From Lama glama (Eukaryota), in assembly GCA_028534125.1 (NCBI GenBank), contig CM052817.1:74154001-74218000 (forward strand): DNA of 64,000 nucleotides, in the 5' to 3' direction. The translations under genes and the position numbers were made by a program. Numbering within the stretch: the first letter of the stretch is position 1; every line of letters begins with the position of its first letter. A model generated the notes under the pieces. That model had not been told where the DNA came from and ran no database searches. It was given only the letters and a program-made list of their open reading frames with translations. Shown piece by piece: positions 63,490 to 64,000 of the stretch.

Positions 63490-64000
63490 CATCTAATTTT
63501 ACATATTTTACAAATGTATTTACTGCTAAAACAATTCAAACAGTACAAAAAAGAAGAAGTAAAGACCCAAATCCTATCTTTTCCACCTCCAGTTCCCTTG
63601 GTCCCACCCTCTGAAAGTATCATTGTCTGTACGTCCTTCCAGACATATTTTACACCAGGAAATAAAAGTATATATTCAGACACTTTCTTTTTTGTTTACA
63701 TAAACTGTTCTATAATTTGCTTTCCTTTCATCTAATGATATGTGTTGTACACATTTCCATGTATATTTACATCATCTTCCTAACCAACACAGTCAATTTT
63801 GGGTGCACTGGCTCCAAAATTTATTTATTTATTCATTTATGTAATCTCCAATTGATAGACATGGAGGTGTGTCCAATTTTTACCATTACCAAACTATGCC
63901 TCAATAAACCTTTTATACGTGTACATACACACTTTGGTGATTTTGTCATCCTAGAGGTATGGTTGCTAGATCAACGGCTATATCTATATTATCTATATTT
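63490..64000 (-). mobile_element. Old L1ME-like 3' fragment
   Basis: Diverged L1M-type motifs (ATTGATAGACATGGAGGTGTGTCCAATTTTTACCATTACC...ATAAACCTTTT). Confidence 0.6.

Overview
This is mammalian (eutherian) genomic DNA, AT-rich and repeat-rich, with one 100-N assembly gap. It is not prokaryotic. The only host-gene coding sequence I can support is a single 60-nt minus-strand exon (28856-28915) with canonical AG/GT ends, encoding (D)HQKLEREARICRLLKHPNI(V). This is part of the CaMKII kinase domain, most likely CAMK2D exon 3, so the rest of the window is its two large flanking introns. The introns carry old eutherian repeats (L2, MIR, MLT1, a MER31/67-like LTR, Charlie1, MER20, MER58, Tigger2-like MITEs, old L1M) and several younger L1 insertions with visible target-site duplications (TSDs). 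I recognised no lineage-specific SINEs (Alu, B1, Bov-tA, PRE1, SINEC). That absence and the L1 3' ends suggest a camelid, which is an inference. The most unusual object is a ~3 kb TSD-flanked L1 (14485-17446). It keeps the full CpG-rich 5'UTR and a nearly intact ORF1, then jumps at an AG from the inter-ORF spacer to the extreme 3' end of ORF2, so it is an ORF1-only, possibly spliced, non-autonomous element. Its 5'UTR also holds a long antisense ORF in the host-gene orientation. Repeat family names come from recalled consensus similarity, not from a search. Almost all ORFs in the supplied track are spurious.
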